Below are positions 26,099-37,468 of a stretch of 64,000 nt of DNA, piece after piece. Source of the DNA: Lama guanicoe (taxonomy: Eukaryota); assembly GCA_013239625.1 (NCBI GenBank), contig MU056000.1, positions 9,931,175 through 9,995,174 on the forward strand. The letters run 5' to 3'. The notes under the pieces are model-generated. The model had not been told where the DNA came from. It saw nothing but the letters and a program-made list of their open reading frames with translations, and searched no databases. The translations under genes and the position numbers were made by a program. Numbering within the stretch: the first letter of the stretch is position 1; every line of letters starts with the position of its first letter.

Positions 26099-26724
26099 TG
26101 TAACTATGCAGGTCCCTATGGGGCTTTCCCAGAACAGACCCCTGCAACCCACCGCCATGTCCTCCACCTACCTCTTGTTTGTAGAAAAACTTTAGCTTCC
26201 TAAAGAGTTCCAAAGAGTCAATTTAATCAGAGAAGTGAGAAAATGCAGAAGAGAAAATAGCCAAGTAAAATAAAATAATAGTTTAGCCATTAAACAAAGT
26301 CAAGGACCTTTAGTTCCTCCTCAAGGGCTATAGATAATATTCTAAGCCATATGCTTTGAGCTGTTTTGCAGATACCAAAACCCTCACTAGGTGGAAAAAG
26401 TTAACTGTACGCCGACCATAAGCACAGAGACCCCAGACCAGGTGGAACCAGGAGGCTGATGGTGTTGACTCCTGATGACCTCACCACGAACCAATCAGAA
26501 TATCCACGAATGGTCACACACCCTACAGCCCCCCTCCCTCACCCCGTCTTTAAAAATCTTCCCCTAAAAGCCTTCAGGGAGTTCAGGCCTTTTAAGCACT
26601 AGCGATCTGGACTCATAGCTTGGTGCCCTGCAATAAACGCTGCACTTTCCCTCACGACAACCCAGGGGCAGTAGATTGGCTTTACTGCGTGCAGGCAAGC
26701 GGACCCAAGTTTGGCTCAGGAACA
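26099..26724 (+). mobile_element. ERV1-type solo LTR
   Basis: TG...CA termini, CCAAT, TATA-like tttaaaa and AATAAA; flanks tggt/tagt form an imperfect 4-bp TSD. Confidence 0.8.
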
Positions 26725-26805
26725 TAGTGAGTGTAGGGGGAACCTGAAAATCATAAAGGGGAATTTGAGAAAAGGGTCTGCCAGAAAGCATGTGATATAT
26801 ATTGT

Positions 26806-26968
26806 AGGAGGAAAGGAAAGGAGGGAGGGAGAAAAAGAGGAACGAGGGGGGAAGGAGGCAGAAATGAGGGAGGAGGAAGAAAAAGAGGAATGAAGAGAGA
26901 ACAGAGGGAAGGAGGGAAGAAGGGAGGGGGAGAGAGGGAAAGAAAGATGGAGAAAGAAAAGAAAGGGT
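26806..26968 (+). repeat. Polypurine (GA-rich) low-complexity tract
   Basis: Almost exclusively G and A. Confidence 0.85.
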
Positions 26969-27753
26969 CATATTCCCCAGAGCACTTCCACCACTAAACA
27001 AAGTAGGTGTTTTAAGTAAGTGTTTTTTTGAATTGAACTGAACTGCTCAAGTATCCTCCAATTCCATCTTTCCTACCTCAGCCTCACTCTTGAAGCATTT
27101 TCTCTAGAGAGGATTTGATACAGAAAGTGTTCATTCACATCCCAACCAATAAACCACATGTGAGACCTGGCCACGCGGTGGACCTGGCCCTGAGGGGAAG
27201 GGACACACTGATCCAGGTCTTGAATGCTGAACTCCTGCCAGCAGTGCCATTCAATACCCTGGGAAACCCACATATCCCTGGTAGGCAACTTACTATTGAG
27301 TTGAAGCTATTGGTTTTTGTTCATAAACAAAGTCATAAGTGAGCAGTTGTTCCACCCTCTTTTTGTCTGTTTGTCAAAAGTAAAGGCTACAAGGAGTAAA
27401 GCCAAATGCAAACAGCAGAGAGGTGTAAATAAACAGCCAGGGGGCTCGGTGCCAGGAAAGAGCTTAGCGTGACTAAAGAAGAAAACATAACAGGTACACT
27501 TCCTCCTGACATTTCTCAGGCAGCAGGAACCAATTCCTCGAAATAGCCATATTCACAGCAGCCTTGTTCTAACGCCACACTAGCCTCAGGCAAGGGAGAA
27601 GGGCAGGGGGCGGGGGGTGGGGGGGGAGGGTCCTCTTCCCTCCCCAGGGAACTGAAAGCTCTGCAGTCACATTCCCCAGCTGTAACAACTTATATGCTTC
27701 AGTGTCTACTTGTTTCTGTTTTCCCTAAATAATGTAACTGCAGAAATCCATAT

Positions 27754-28373
27754 TGAAACTGAGTAGAACCTTGTAGGACCCTCTGGGGTACAAAAGCCCC
27801 TCCTTGTCTCCCCTCTCTTGTTTCTAGAAAAGGTTTTAGGACTTCCCTGAGTTTCAAAGAGCAGACTTAAATAGTTACTAATCAGGGAAGCGAAGAAATA
27901 CAGAAACAGAGGAAAAGAAGCCAAGCAAGAAAAGTAATGATAAGTTAAACAGAGTCCTGTTCCTCCTCAAGGGATATGCATAACCATCTGACACATAGCT
28001 TTGAGCTGTTCTGCAGGAACTAAGACCCCCACCCAGGTGGAGGATGCTGACTACACGCTGATCACAAGCACTTACCCTCAACAGTTTGGAACCAGAAGGT
28101 TGATGATTAAGATTCCCAAGAAACAGCACCATTACCTCTCCACCAACCAATCAGAAGCAAGTCCACGAGCTGCAGTCTTCACCCTAAACGCTGCCTTTAA
28201 AAACCCTTCCCTGAAAGCCATCGGGAGTCCAGGTCTTTTGAGCATGAGCTGCCCGTTCTCCTTGCTTGGTGCTCTGCGAATGAATGCTGTACTTTCCTTC
28301 ACCACAGCCCAGTGTCAGTAGATTGGTTTTGCTATGTAGTGGGTGGGCAGACCCAAGTTTCAGTTCAGTAACA
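27754..28373 (+). mobile_element. ERV1-type solo LTR related to the 26.1-kb copy
   Basis: TG...CA termini; shared blocks ttcctcctcaaggg, ctttgagctgtt, accaatcaga, gtagattgg and acccaagttt; flanks atat/gtat. Confidence 0.8.
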
Positions 28374-28744
28374 GTATCTGCAGCATTGATGATAAATTAC
28401 TATGGCCGCTAAAATCCCTTCCACATCAGCCTTGGATTAGGGGCAATAAACCGCCACTGATGAGGGCTAGGAAAACAATCCCCTGTGGAAAACAGTACTG
28501 AGCCCCAACAGTGTCTCATTCTTACTGCTCTTCCCATCGATCTGGGCATGCTCACTTACCACCTTCTAGTTCCAATTTATGTAAAAGAGGGGATGTTCAC
28601 CCAGCCAGGGGAGAGAGCATAAGTTGCAAAATAGTGTTTACAAGTAAGTGACCCATGTATGCACTGAAAAGAAAATATTTACCAAAGGATGCTGTTTGTC
28701 TTACAAAAAGTAAGTTGTGAAAACATTTAGAGAGCATTATTCTT

Positions 28745-28890
28745 TATAATTTTTCTGAATATATATATAATTTATAATTATAAATTAATAATTATATATA
28801 ACAATGTGTATTTTACTTAACTATATAATTTAAATATATAATTTATATTTAAATATATAAATATTTATAGATTTATCTTATGTATATTCA
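28745..28890. repeat. AT-rich low-complexity tract
   Basis: Degenerate (TA)/(TAA) repeats. Confidence 0.85.
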
Positions 28891-30363
28891 TTACGAAAAT
28901 TTTTTAATAAAGAAAAAAAAGAAAACTAAAATCTTTAACGTCACCACTCAGAGATAAACAGTATCAATATTTTGGTATATGTCCTTTTGTTCTGTTTTCT
29001 ATACATACTTACATACCTTTTTTATTTTTACAGAACTGGAGTAATACTGCTTTAGTGGCCTACTTTCTTCAATCTTAAAGTGAGCATAATTAATAAGAAT
29101 ATGGTATAAGGTTAATAGCCATGTTTTATACCCTTACAAGGTAAACTTGATAAATTTATGTAAGATTACATAATACATAGATTTTAAATTAAGATATACA
29201 AAAAAGTCATTGGTTTATTGGTATTAGCTATAGCAAAGCCATCTGTCATTTCAGGGTCTCTATGTTCCCGAGCAGAAAATGGGTAAAAGAATCACTAGAA
29301 AGACTAAAATGAGCAAATAAGTATTTGTCTTAATGAAACACAAAGTAAATGTACTGGAAACTCCAAGTATTTATGACATATAAGTTACATGAAAATAAGA
29401 ACATTAATATGAGATTACCACAGCAAGATGCTCAAAAGAATAAAAAAGGTAATTTCGTGCAGGGTAAGTAACTCCAGAGGGGAGGAAAATGTTGAAGTAT
29501 TACACACATAAACTATATGCATTACTTTCAACTAAATAAGTATAAATTTACATTTTATTAAATTATGACAGGATGCATATTTTAGTGGTTAGCATAATAG
29601 ATTCCTATGGTAATATAGCTGTAGATAGTGTAAATGAAAACATGCATAAATACAACTACTTTTGAAGATAAATGCAAAAAAAAAAAGTATCTGGGTTTTT
29701 TTCACTCCATAATATTCACTAAAGAGAGAGCGAGCAAAGCCAAACGAAGTGAAAGCTGATTCAAATGCACAGAGTTCTTGCCAGCCATTTCTCACCTGCT
29801 GTGCGCTGAGGCAAATGTAAAAGACACAAGGAAACTGCCCAGTGGGGCTTTTTCTCTGCTCACCATCCCTCTCCCGCTCTCCAAGGGAACTAAACATTTG
29901 CTTTTGTCCAAACGCAAGGGCTAAAGAGAGCTAGTAACAGCCAACAAACTTCACACAAAAGCAGCCTCCGCCACACCTGGATATATTTGATGCTCGCTAC
30001 GGGACAATGGTTCGCTTGGGTCCACGACGCAACGACTAGTGGCCTTTCTTAAGAAAGATAAAGGGGAAAGGAGGTCCCTGTACCTATGCTTTGGCATTTT
30101 ACGAGTGCGCTGGTGGACATGGTTGACCACCACCTCCCGAGAAAAACATGCAAAACTCAAAAACCAGCGACTCTAGCCCCACAGGTTCATGAAGGCGCTT
30201 TCAGTCCCCATGCCCTGAAGTTGACGCCGGGAACAGAAGCCGACCCTCCCCGCCAGAGCGGGGCCCCGCGGAGCCCAGAGCTCGGGGCAGCTCGCAGGCC
30301 GCGCATGCGCCGCGGCGGAGCGGGCCGGGCGTGGGAGCCGCACGGACCGAGCGCGCACAGTAC

Positions 30364-30375
30364 CGGCTTGTCCAT
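30364..30375 (-). CDS. Candidate coding end of a first exon (M-D-K-P, then intron)
   Basis: Minus strand reads GCAGCGCC ATG GAC AAG CCG|GTACTG: strong Kozak context (gccATGG) and a GT donor, inside the CpG island. It could be a uORF; the gene is not recognised. Confidence 0.45.
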
Positions 30376-30535
30376 GGCGCTGCGCTCCGGAGCTCCGCGG
30401 GACACGCCACCGGTGGGGGCCGGCCGGTCGGTCCTGGGCCCCGCCGGCGACGCCACCGTCCCGGCCCGCGCTGCTCCCCGGCGTCGGCTCCGGCCGCTCC
30501 TCGCCCGGCCAATCCGGCTGTTTGCGGCTCACGCG

Positions 30536-30549
30536 GTTGCCATGGCGAC
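30536..30549. promoter_or_regulatory. RFX X-box
   Basis: GTTGCCATGGCGAC, one mismatch from the palindrome GTTGCCATGGCAAC. Confidence 0.75.
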
Positions 30550-30656
30550 GAGCTTCGCTCCGCCTGGACCAGGCTCCCTCCGCCGGCACCAGGCTCCCTC
30601 TGCCGGCTCACCGCGCTCCAGCGCCTCTCCGCGTCCGCGCGCCCGGAGCCACTTAC

Positions 30657-30715
30657 ATCGGAGCCGGCTGCCGGAGAGCGGAAATCCAGAGCTTTCGGCT
30701 ACCGAGCCGCAGATG
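30657..30715 (-). other. Candidate upstream alternative first exon (5' boundary unknown)
   Basis: Minus strand reads ...CGGCTCCGAT|GTAAGT, a consensus donor hexamer at the distal edge of the CpG island. Confidence 0.5.
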
Positions 30716-31149
30716 GTATTTCTTGGCTGTTTTCCATCAAGTTTCTGCTGGCTCTCAGCTAAATGTTACTTCTAGCATCAGCCAAGTCCACTTATTTGGA
30801 ATTTCTTTGAGGAATATTATGTTTCTAGCTTCAGGAGAAAAAAATACTCAAAATGAGATTTAGAATATTTAATTTGCACATCTTCCCACAGTCTTGACTC
30901 ACACTTTGGTTCCTCTCATTGCTTCCTCGTCAGATACCTTCAGAGCAGAACTTACTGGAAGTGTCTAGCCTTGAGTTTTAACCTGGAGGTGACGAAGATA
31001 ATGTCCTAAATGCTGTCCGCCTGTCGGAACAGTAACTGCATTGGCATGTGTGAACTTCCCAGGAACTTTGCCCTAAAAAAATTTACAAAGGAAAATAAAA
31101 ATATTTCATGTCTGCGAACTGTCCTTCCTCATTGGGACTAGGACTACCT

Positions 31150-31452
31150 GTTAGAATTATAATATTTGCCACGTGTCAGCTTATAGCTTCTAGAAGCCAC
31201 ATTTTAAAACGTGAAAAGAAACGGGTGAAATTAATTTTAATATTGTTTCATTTAACCCAATAGATCCAAAGTATTTTTGATTTATTATCAGTATAAATAT
31301 TTATTCGTGAGATAGTTTACATTTTTTATTGTACTATATCCTCAAATTTGTATGCATATTTTACAGGAACAGCACATTCGAAATCAGACCAGATGCATTT
31401 CAAAAGCTTAACAGTTCATATGGCTGGTGGCTACTGTATAAAACAGTTCAGA
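31150..31452. mobile_element. MER33-like hAT element
   Basis: tagaagccacattttaaaacgtgaaaagaaacgggtgaaattaattttaa...tggctggtggctactgta. Confidence 0.7.
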
Positions 31453-31704
31453 TTTACTGGACTGTAAGCTCTAGGAAGACTAGCTCCAAATCTCCATGGG
31501 AAGAAGATCGCATCTGTTCATAAGGGGTACTAAATACATGTGTAACATGGTTCTGGCTGATGAACCATAAACGGCAGTCTACTGGAACTCCTGGGAATGC
31601 CTTTACTTTCTTCATGAAAAAGACAGATTCAGCTGTCCCCTTCACATTTTCTTACAGCTGGAATGTGACCATGATGGAGCTGTTGTAAGCAACTATATTA
31701 CGAC

Positions 31705-32058
31705 TGTCTTAGTCAGCTGGCTTTACTGTAAAGAAGTATCGTAGCCTGAGTAGCTTGTAAACAAGATAAATTTATTTCTCATAGTTCTGGGGGCCGAAAG
31801 TCTGAAATCAGGATGCCAGCATGGTCTGGTTCTGGTGAGAGCTCTCTTCCACGTTAAGGAGCTGACTTTTCATTGTATCCTCAGATGGCAGAAACAGAGC
31901 CAGCTAACTCCCTGGCCTCTTATAAGGGCCCTAACCCCATTTATGAGGGCTTCACCTTCATGACCTAATTACCTCCCAAAAGCCCCACCTTTTAATAGTA
32001 TTATATTGGGATTACGGTCTCAACAAATTTGGGGAAACACAAATATTCAGTCCATTGT
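31705..32058 (-). mobile_element. MLT1A/MST-like LTR inserted in an older MLT1 (about 31455-32250)
   Basis: tgtcttagtc...tttatttctcatagttctgg...atattcagtccattg; older MLT1-like sequence resumes on both sides. Confidence 0.75.
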
Positions 32059-33049
32059 GATGACCATGAGGGGAAATCCCGTTGAATTACAAGAACGATA
32101 GCTTTAATGTCTTTGAGTCTGAACCAACAATAGCAACTACCAATTCCAAACCACTTGTTAGGTAGGAAATTAAACCTCTATTTTTTTAAAGCTTTGTACA
32201 TGATGTTTTCTGTTCCCTGCAACTGAAAGCAGTCCTCAACGATATGGCAGCTGCCAACCATTTGATTTTTTATGGGTCAATTTTATTTTGTGAATATGAG
32301 TTATAAATTGGGTAGTCTCAAACTAAAGGTAACTTTCACTGCTGTCCCAACCAAAGGAGAGGAGGAGTGGCAAGGGTCAAATAATTGGTGAATAAAAGCT
32401 CTAGCCGGTTTTGTTCAAATCCATTCAAGTACAGATGCTGGGTGAGTGGCATCTGTTCTACTCCATGACTGCCACCATCTACCTGGGTGTCCAAAACCCT
32501 ACTCTCTTTCGCAGGCAGGGGCTAAGAGAGTTTACAAATACGCTTGGATGCTGAAGCAGGGATGTCCTCCACATTTGGTAAGATAAGCCAAGCAAAGCCT
32601 CCAGGCACAGGTGGGTATCAGTCCTGTTGGAAGTTGAGTACATGCCTGGAGGTCAGCCATCCCTGGAATGCTTTTGTCTCGTGGTAATGAAAAGGGCTCC
32701 ATAGGCACCATTCAGAGATGCTCCTTTAAGGACCCGTGGATGTTGGCCAAGCCACTCTGTGCAGATGCCCTTTTTCCTTCTGGTCCTCCATGGTCCACAA
32801 GGCCCAAGGTCACTATCCTCAGGTGTCCTCCAACCACCTGGCTACTCCTCCTTCTCCTCCCAGTCTCACCCACTCTGCTTCCCTGCAGGTCACAGCCAAG
32901 TGCTCCAGCATTACTACTCCATGGAGTCTAGGCTGCTACGGTCATGCTGGCTTCCACAGAGGGGTGGTGCCAGAAGGCACCAGAGTGGACGTTTGTCCTC
33001 TTTGACCCACACCCAAATCCACCACCACTCCCACACTACCCCTCCTCCG

Positions 33050-33548
33050 TACTTGGAGAATTTCACACCAAGCAGAGCTCTCCTTCCCCTACAGAAACCA
33101 AAAGTACCAAATATTCTCCCCACCTGCTTACCGCTAGGGCATCAGCATGTGACCCAGGCGTGACCAATCAAATTGTGCCAGCCTTGGACTTCAGCCAGGA
33201 GCTGGGGAGCCAAAACGTGGGACAGCTGAGAATGCATTCTGGCAGAGGGTGGCTGCGACAACACTGATTGAATTTCCAAGGCAGTTGTTGCCGTGGTAGC
33301 CCCCTGTGCAGCGCACCCCGCAGTCAATCAGCAAGGCAGCAACATCCTCCACAGGCTGGTTTTGTGGCAGGGTGTCTGGTCGCTTTCTGGTTACTGCCAA
33401 AGATCATCCTGGCCATTTTCCAAGCCCTACTGTCCAACTTTCTCAGCTATTCTGAGCTTCCCAGTTGTCTTTTTTTGCTTCAATCCATTGTAAATTTCTG
33501 TTGCTTGCAATTGAGAACCAGGATTCTGACAGCCGCACGTTGAATACT
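33050..33548 (+). mobile_element. ERVL LTR (LTR33/LTR16-like)
   Basis: catgtgacccaggcgtgaccaatca ... tttctgttgcttgcaattgagaacc. Confidence 0.55.
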
Positions 33549-33656
33549 GTCCCATCCTCTTAGTCTCCTTAACAACATTAACTTGAGGCTGTTGTGTGTG
33601 TAATGAACTTGATTAAAGTTGGGAAATACTAACAAATGGAGGAATTACAGAAGGAA

Positions 33657-33732
33657 GGAAGGAGAGATTTAAAGCAGCGTAGAAAATGTAACCTGGAAGG
33701 AGAGATTTAAAGCAGCGTAGAAAATGTAACCT
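33657..33732 (+). repeat. Perfect 38-bp tandem duplication
   Basis: ggaaggagagatttaaagcagcgtagaaaatgtaacct x2. Confidence 0.97.
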
Positions 33733-33849
33733 TCTTGGATTGGGTGGCAAATGTTAAAGAGTTCAGCTCTTCGATGGGAGTTTCTTCACAGGGCAAAGAG
33801 GAACAGTTCGCAAGTTCCTAGCCCTCTTTACCGATTTCAGAGGTGAAGC

Positions 33850-34128
33850 AGTCAGGGTTCTACCAGAGAAAATGAACCAGCAGAATATGTACATATAGGA
33901 ACACTTGCACACACACAGGAACACACATACACAGGCAAACTATATAAATTATACATATTTCAAGGAATTGGCTTTTCACAATTGTGGGGGCTGGCAGGCC
34001 TAAAATCCTTAGGGTAGGCTGTCAGAAAGATCAGGTTGGAAACAACTGGGCAGGGCCTGAAGCCGCAGCCCACGGGCAGGATTTCTTGTTCCTCAGGGAA
34101 ACTTCATCTTTGCTCTTAAGACCTTTCC
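33850..34128 (-). mobile_element. MLT2-like LTR fragment
   Basis: gtcagggttctaccagagaaaatgaaccagcag...aaggaattggct...tgtgggggctggcagg. Confidence 0.7.
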
Positions 34129-36726
34129 ACAATGAGCAGTCACGTGACAGCAATCAGATACAAACAAATGTAAGAGTTACATTTTGCAGTACACTATTTG
34201 CAAAATGTTATTGATACAAATACTTTGATAATTAAAACTTAAACTTTCCACTAAAAATAAAATCTTATAAGATGGAAAGCTAAACACACCGGATAAATGC
34301 TTTTTTTATCCAGGAAAATATAAAATTGCCAGAAGTATTAAACTAAAATGGTACAGACTGAGAAAAGAAACAGAAAAGAATTTTCCATTGTACTTGATAT
34401 TTGTAGAATAATGGTTTACCAAACTATTTCAATCTAAAGTATTACCCACAAAAACAGTATACAGATCTCAATATCTAATAGGAAAATTTAACAAGTGGGG
34501 TGTGCAATTACAATAACTGTTAAATGCCAGCATGAAAATGTATATAATAAAACTACATTTTTTTTTTGCCAAGGTGCAATGCTGTAATAAATTACCACTT
34601 TATAAAAGGATTTACATTTTAATCAAAACAATATTTTCCACCTACATCTGAGGATAGCCAATTCGTTACTTAAATGTTTGAAAAAAAATTAATGATGAAA
34701 AATAAAAATGGTATAAATGCATAAGAGTTCCTTGTTATTTAAATTGCCTTTACATTCTATATTTTAGTTTGGGCCTTTGTGTAGGACCTCCAATTATCAA
34801 AAACAAATGAAATAATCTATCAAAGAAACATCTGCTTTCTGGCACTTGGATGGCCTTACCAATAATTTTTAATATTGATGTGTTAAAGTAATTTCTTAGA
34901 CAAATTGAAAGGAGCATGTGTCAAGATTTTATTTCAAATTTTCCACAAGAGCAGAGCCAGCCAATTCAAAGATGTCCCTTCTGTTAGAGATATTCATAAG
35001 AAAAAAAAAAGAAGTGGCTGTTAAGAAATATTTTCCAAAACTTAGAAACAAGGAAGAAAGAAGCATGTGTGACTTTTCAGTCTTAGAGTGAAAAATTGTT
35101 TAATAACTGGCCCACCCAAGGATTATTTAATTCTTCAGAAGAATGCACCTGTGTCTGAATTATTACCATGAGTTAGGGTGCAGACTCTGAAGTTATAGGT
35201 TAACTGGTAGATTTCTGTCCTGTAAAAATGAAATGATTTCTAAAGTATACAATAAACCACCTTTTATGGGAAAAAAATGAAATGATTTATATCTGGGAGA
35301 AAATATAATCACAAGGGTTCCCATTTTATGGTTATGTAGGATATTAGTTTACATTCCTAAGTAAGCATTCTTCCATTGATGATACTCAGTATTTCCCATA
35401 AATTTTAAACTAGCTGCATCTCTTATTAATGAGTTAAATAAATCTTTGACATATGCTGTTTTGTATTTATAGAAGAATCATGCTTTTAGAAGTTTTGAGT
35501 TATACTTCCATACGACACAATATAAAATATGCGTGGTGACCTCAGACTCGTACAAAGGCAGATGGTCAGTTGGGTGGGTAAGGAGGCACATAACTTTCCA
35601 AAAGGGTAGCTTAACCTCCTTAAAGTCTATCAGAAAATTGCTCAGAAATGCTAATTATTTCCCAGGAGTTAAAAACTATGTCGGCAAAAAAAAAAATGTA
35701 TATACCAGACCTTGTTTGGGACAGTTTTCCTTCTCAGTTGCCATTTTTAATTGGGAAAACATTATATATATCGTCTACCATCAATTGACAGAAAAAGCCA
35801 TAGAATTACACTGTTTCACAGGATTATGCTGAGGGAGGAATATCAGGAAGAAAAATGCTGAAGAATTCTTAGAATTGGGCACTTAAAAAATTTCTCCTGC
35901 CAATAAAGAGGAGGCTTTATCATGTGCCTGTCACATACTCCCAGCTATACGCTCCTTTCTGAAAGCTCAAGCCAGAAAGGGAGAGTGAATTTTCAAAATA
36001 TCTCATCTTTGTCAAGTTTTTTGTTGAAAAGTAGGAGAAACCCACTCAAATGGGTTTAAGCAAAGAGGAAGAGGGTTGGGGAGGCTACGGGGGTGTCTCA
36101 GTAGCCCGAGGCAAGACGGAAGCAACCAGCGGGTAACTGCATCTCCTCAGTGGGACCTGCTCCCTAACTCCTCCCTCTCTCTAAATAGCTCACCCTAAAG
36201 AGCTTTGCCTCTCCATGCACACGGCAGGAGGTTGCTGCCCCGTGACACCCTGGTTTACACGTCCTTAGTTCAGGCACCCAGCAGAGACAGACAGACAAGC
36301 ATGTCTTAACCCCAATTCCTGGAGCGGGGATCTTAGGTCCAGCGCTCACCTGGTCCAGTCAGCTCCGGTCAGTGGAGCCAACAAGACCTGGAGAGCCATC
36401 CTGCTGAAGGAAGGAAGGGTGTGGGATAAGCAGGCACCCAGTAGGGGTCCGCCACAATCCAAGAGCATCCTCTCCAAGTGTGTGAAGGCTTTCTTCTCAC
36501 TTTTCCAACATCCCCCTCACACCATAGTATTCCATTTATTTCTTAATTTATTCAGCAATCAAACACATTGGAAATCCTGGCCATGTGCCAGGAGCTGTAC
36601 TAGGGGGAAGAAAAGAAGACACAGTCCCTGCCACCCTCCTTTTTTTTTTTACTGTCAAATGAAAGTCCATTACATTTCTTGAACAAATAAAGACATTTCA
36701 GTTCAAGAAATATGTCAATTCTCCTT

Positions 36727-37468
36727 GAAAAGGGAACCCTCCTACACTACTGGTGGAAATGCAGTTTGGTGCAGCCACTGTGGAAAACAGTATGGAGATT
36801 CCTCGAAAGTCTAGGAATAGATTTACCATATGACCCAGTCATCCCACTCCTGGGCATATATCCAGAAGGAACCCTACTTCAAAAAGACACCTGCACCCCA
36901 GTGTTCATAGCAGCAATATTTACAATAGCCAAGATACGGAAACAGCCTAAATGTCCATCAACAGATGACTGGATAAAGAAGAAGTGGTGTTTTTTATACA
37001 ATGGAATACTATCCAGCCATAAAAATGACAACATAACACCATTTGCAGCAATATTGATGTTTCTGGAGAATGTCATTCTAAGTGAAGTAAGCCAGAAAGA
37101 GAAAGAAAAATACCATATGAGATAACTCATATGTGGAATCTTAAAAAAATAATAAATACAAAACAGAAACAGACTCATAGACATAGAATACAAACCTGTG
37201 GTTGCCAAGGGGGAGGGGGGTGGGAAGGGATATACTGGGAGTTCAAAATTTGTAGATACTGACAGGCGTATGCAGAATAGATAAACAAGATTATACTGTG
37301 TAGCACAGGGAAGTATATACAAGATCTTGTGGTAGCTCACAGAGAAAAAAATGTGACAAGTAATACATGTATGTTCATGTATAACTGAAAAATTGTGCTC
37401 TACACTGGAATTTGACACAACATTGTAAAATGACTATAACTCAATAAAAAAAAGTTTAAAAACAAAAG
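36727..37468 (+). mobile_element. Young 5'-truncated camelid-type L1 with 21-bp TSD
   Basis: Open ORF2 C-terminal frame ([26 protein letters not shown]...); TSD agaaatRtgtcaattctcctt at 36706-36726 and 37469-37489. Confidence 0.95.

Larger units (their letters stand above)
30200..30715 (-). promoter_or_regulatory. CpG island / promoter of an unidentified gene, probably transcribed on the minus strand
   Basis: Very GC- and CpG-dense block in an otherwise CpG-depleted window. It contains GCGCATGCGC (NRF1, 30301-30310), CCAAT (30509-30513), GTTGCCATGGCGAC (RFX X-box, 30536-30549) and GCGGAAAT (ETS-like, 30678-30685). Minus-strand donor motifs have their GT at 30656-55, 30611-10 and 30363-62. 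Confidence 0.9.

Noticed and set aside
26099..28373. Internally deleted provirus bounded by two LTRs
   Set aside because: The LTRs are divergent, have different flanks, and no internal retroviral sequence was recognised.
30086..30863. Several overlapping 89-229 aa ORFs on both strands
   Set aside because: Ala/Arg/Pro/Gly-rich, as expected from stop-codon scarcity in a GC-rich CpG island; no recognisable domain.
33657..33732. CRISPR-like 38-bp repeat
   Set aside because: Two abutting copies with no spacer, in mammalian DNA with no cas genes.
34130..35130. AT-rich segment that might be a decayed transposase or processed pseudogene
   Set aside because: No ORF or motif I could confirm by eye; needs a Dfam or tBLASTx search.
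36712..37125. 137-aa ORF (also 19376-19884, 13150-13461, 938-1243)
   Set aside because: L1 ORF2 C-terminal remnants or their antisense translations; not host genes.
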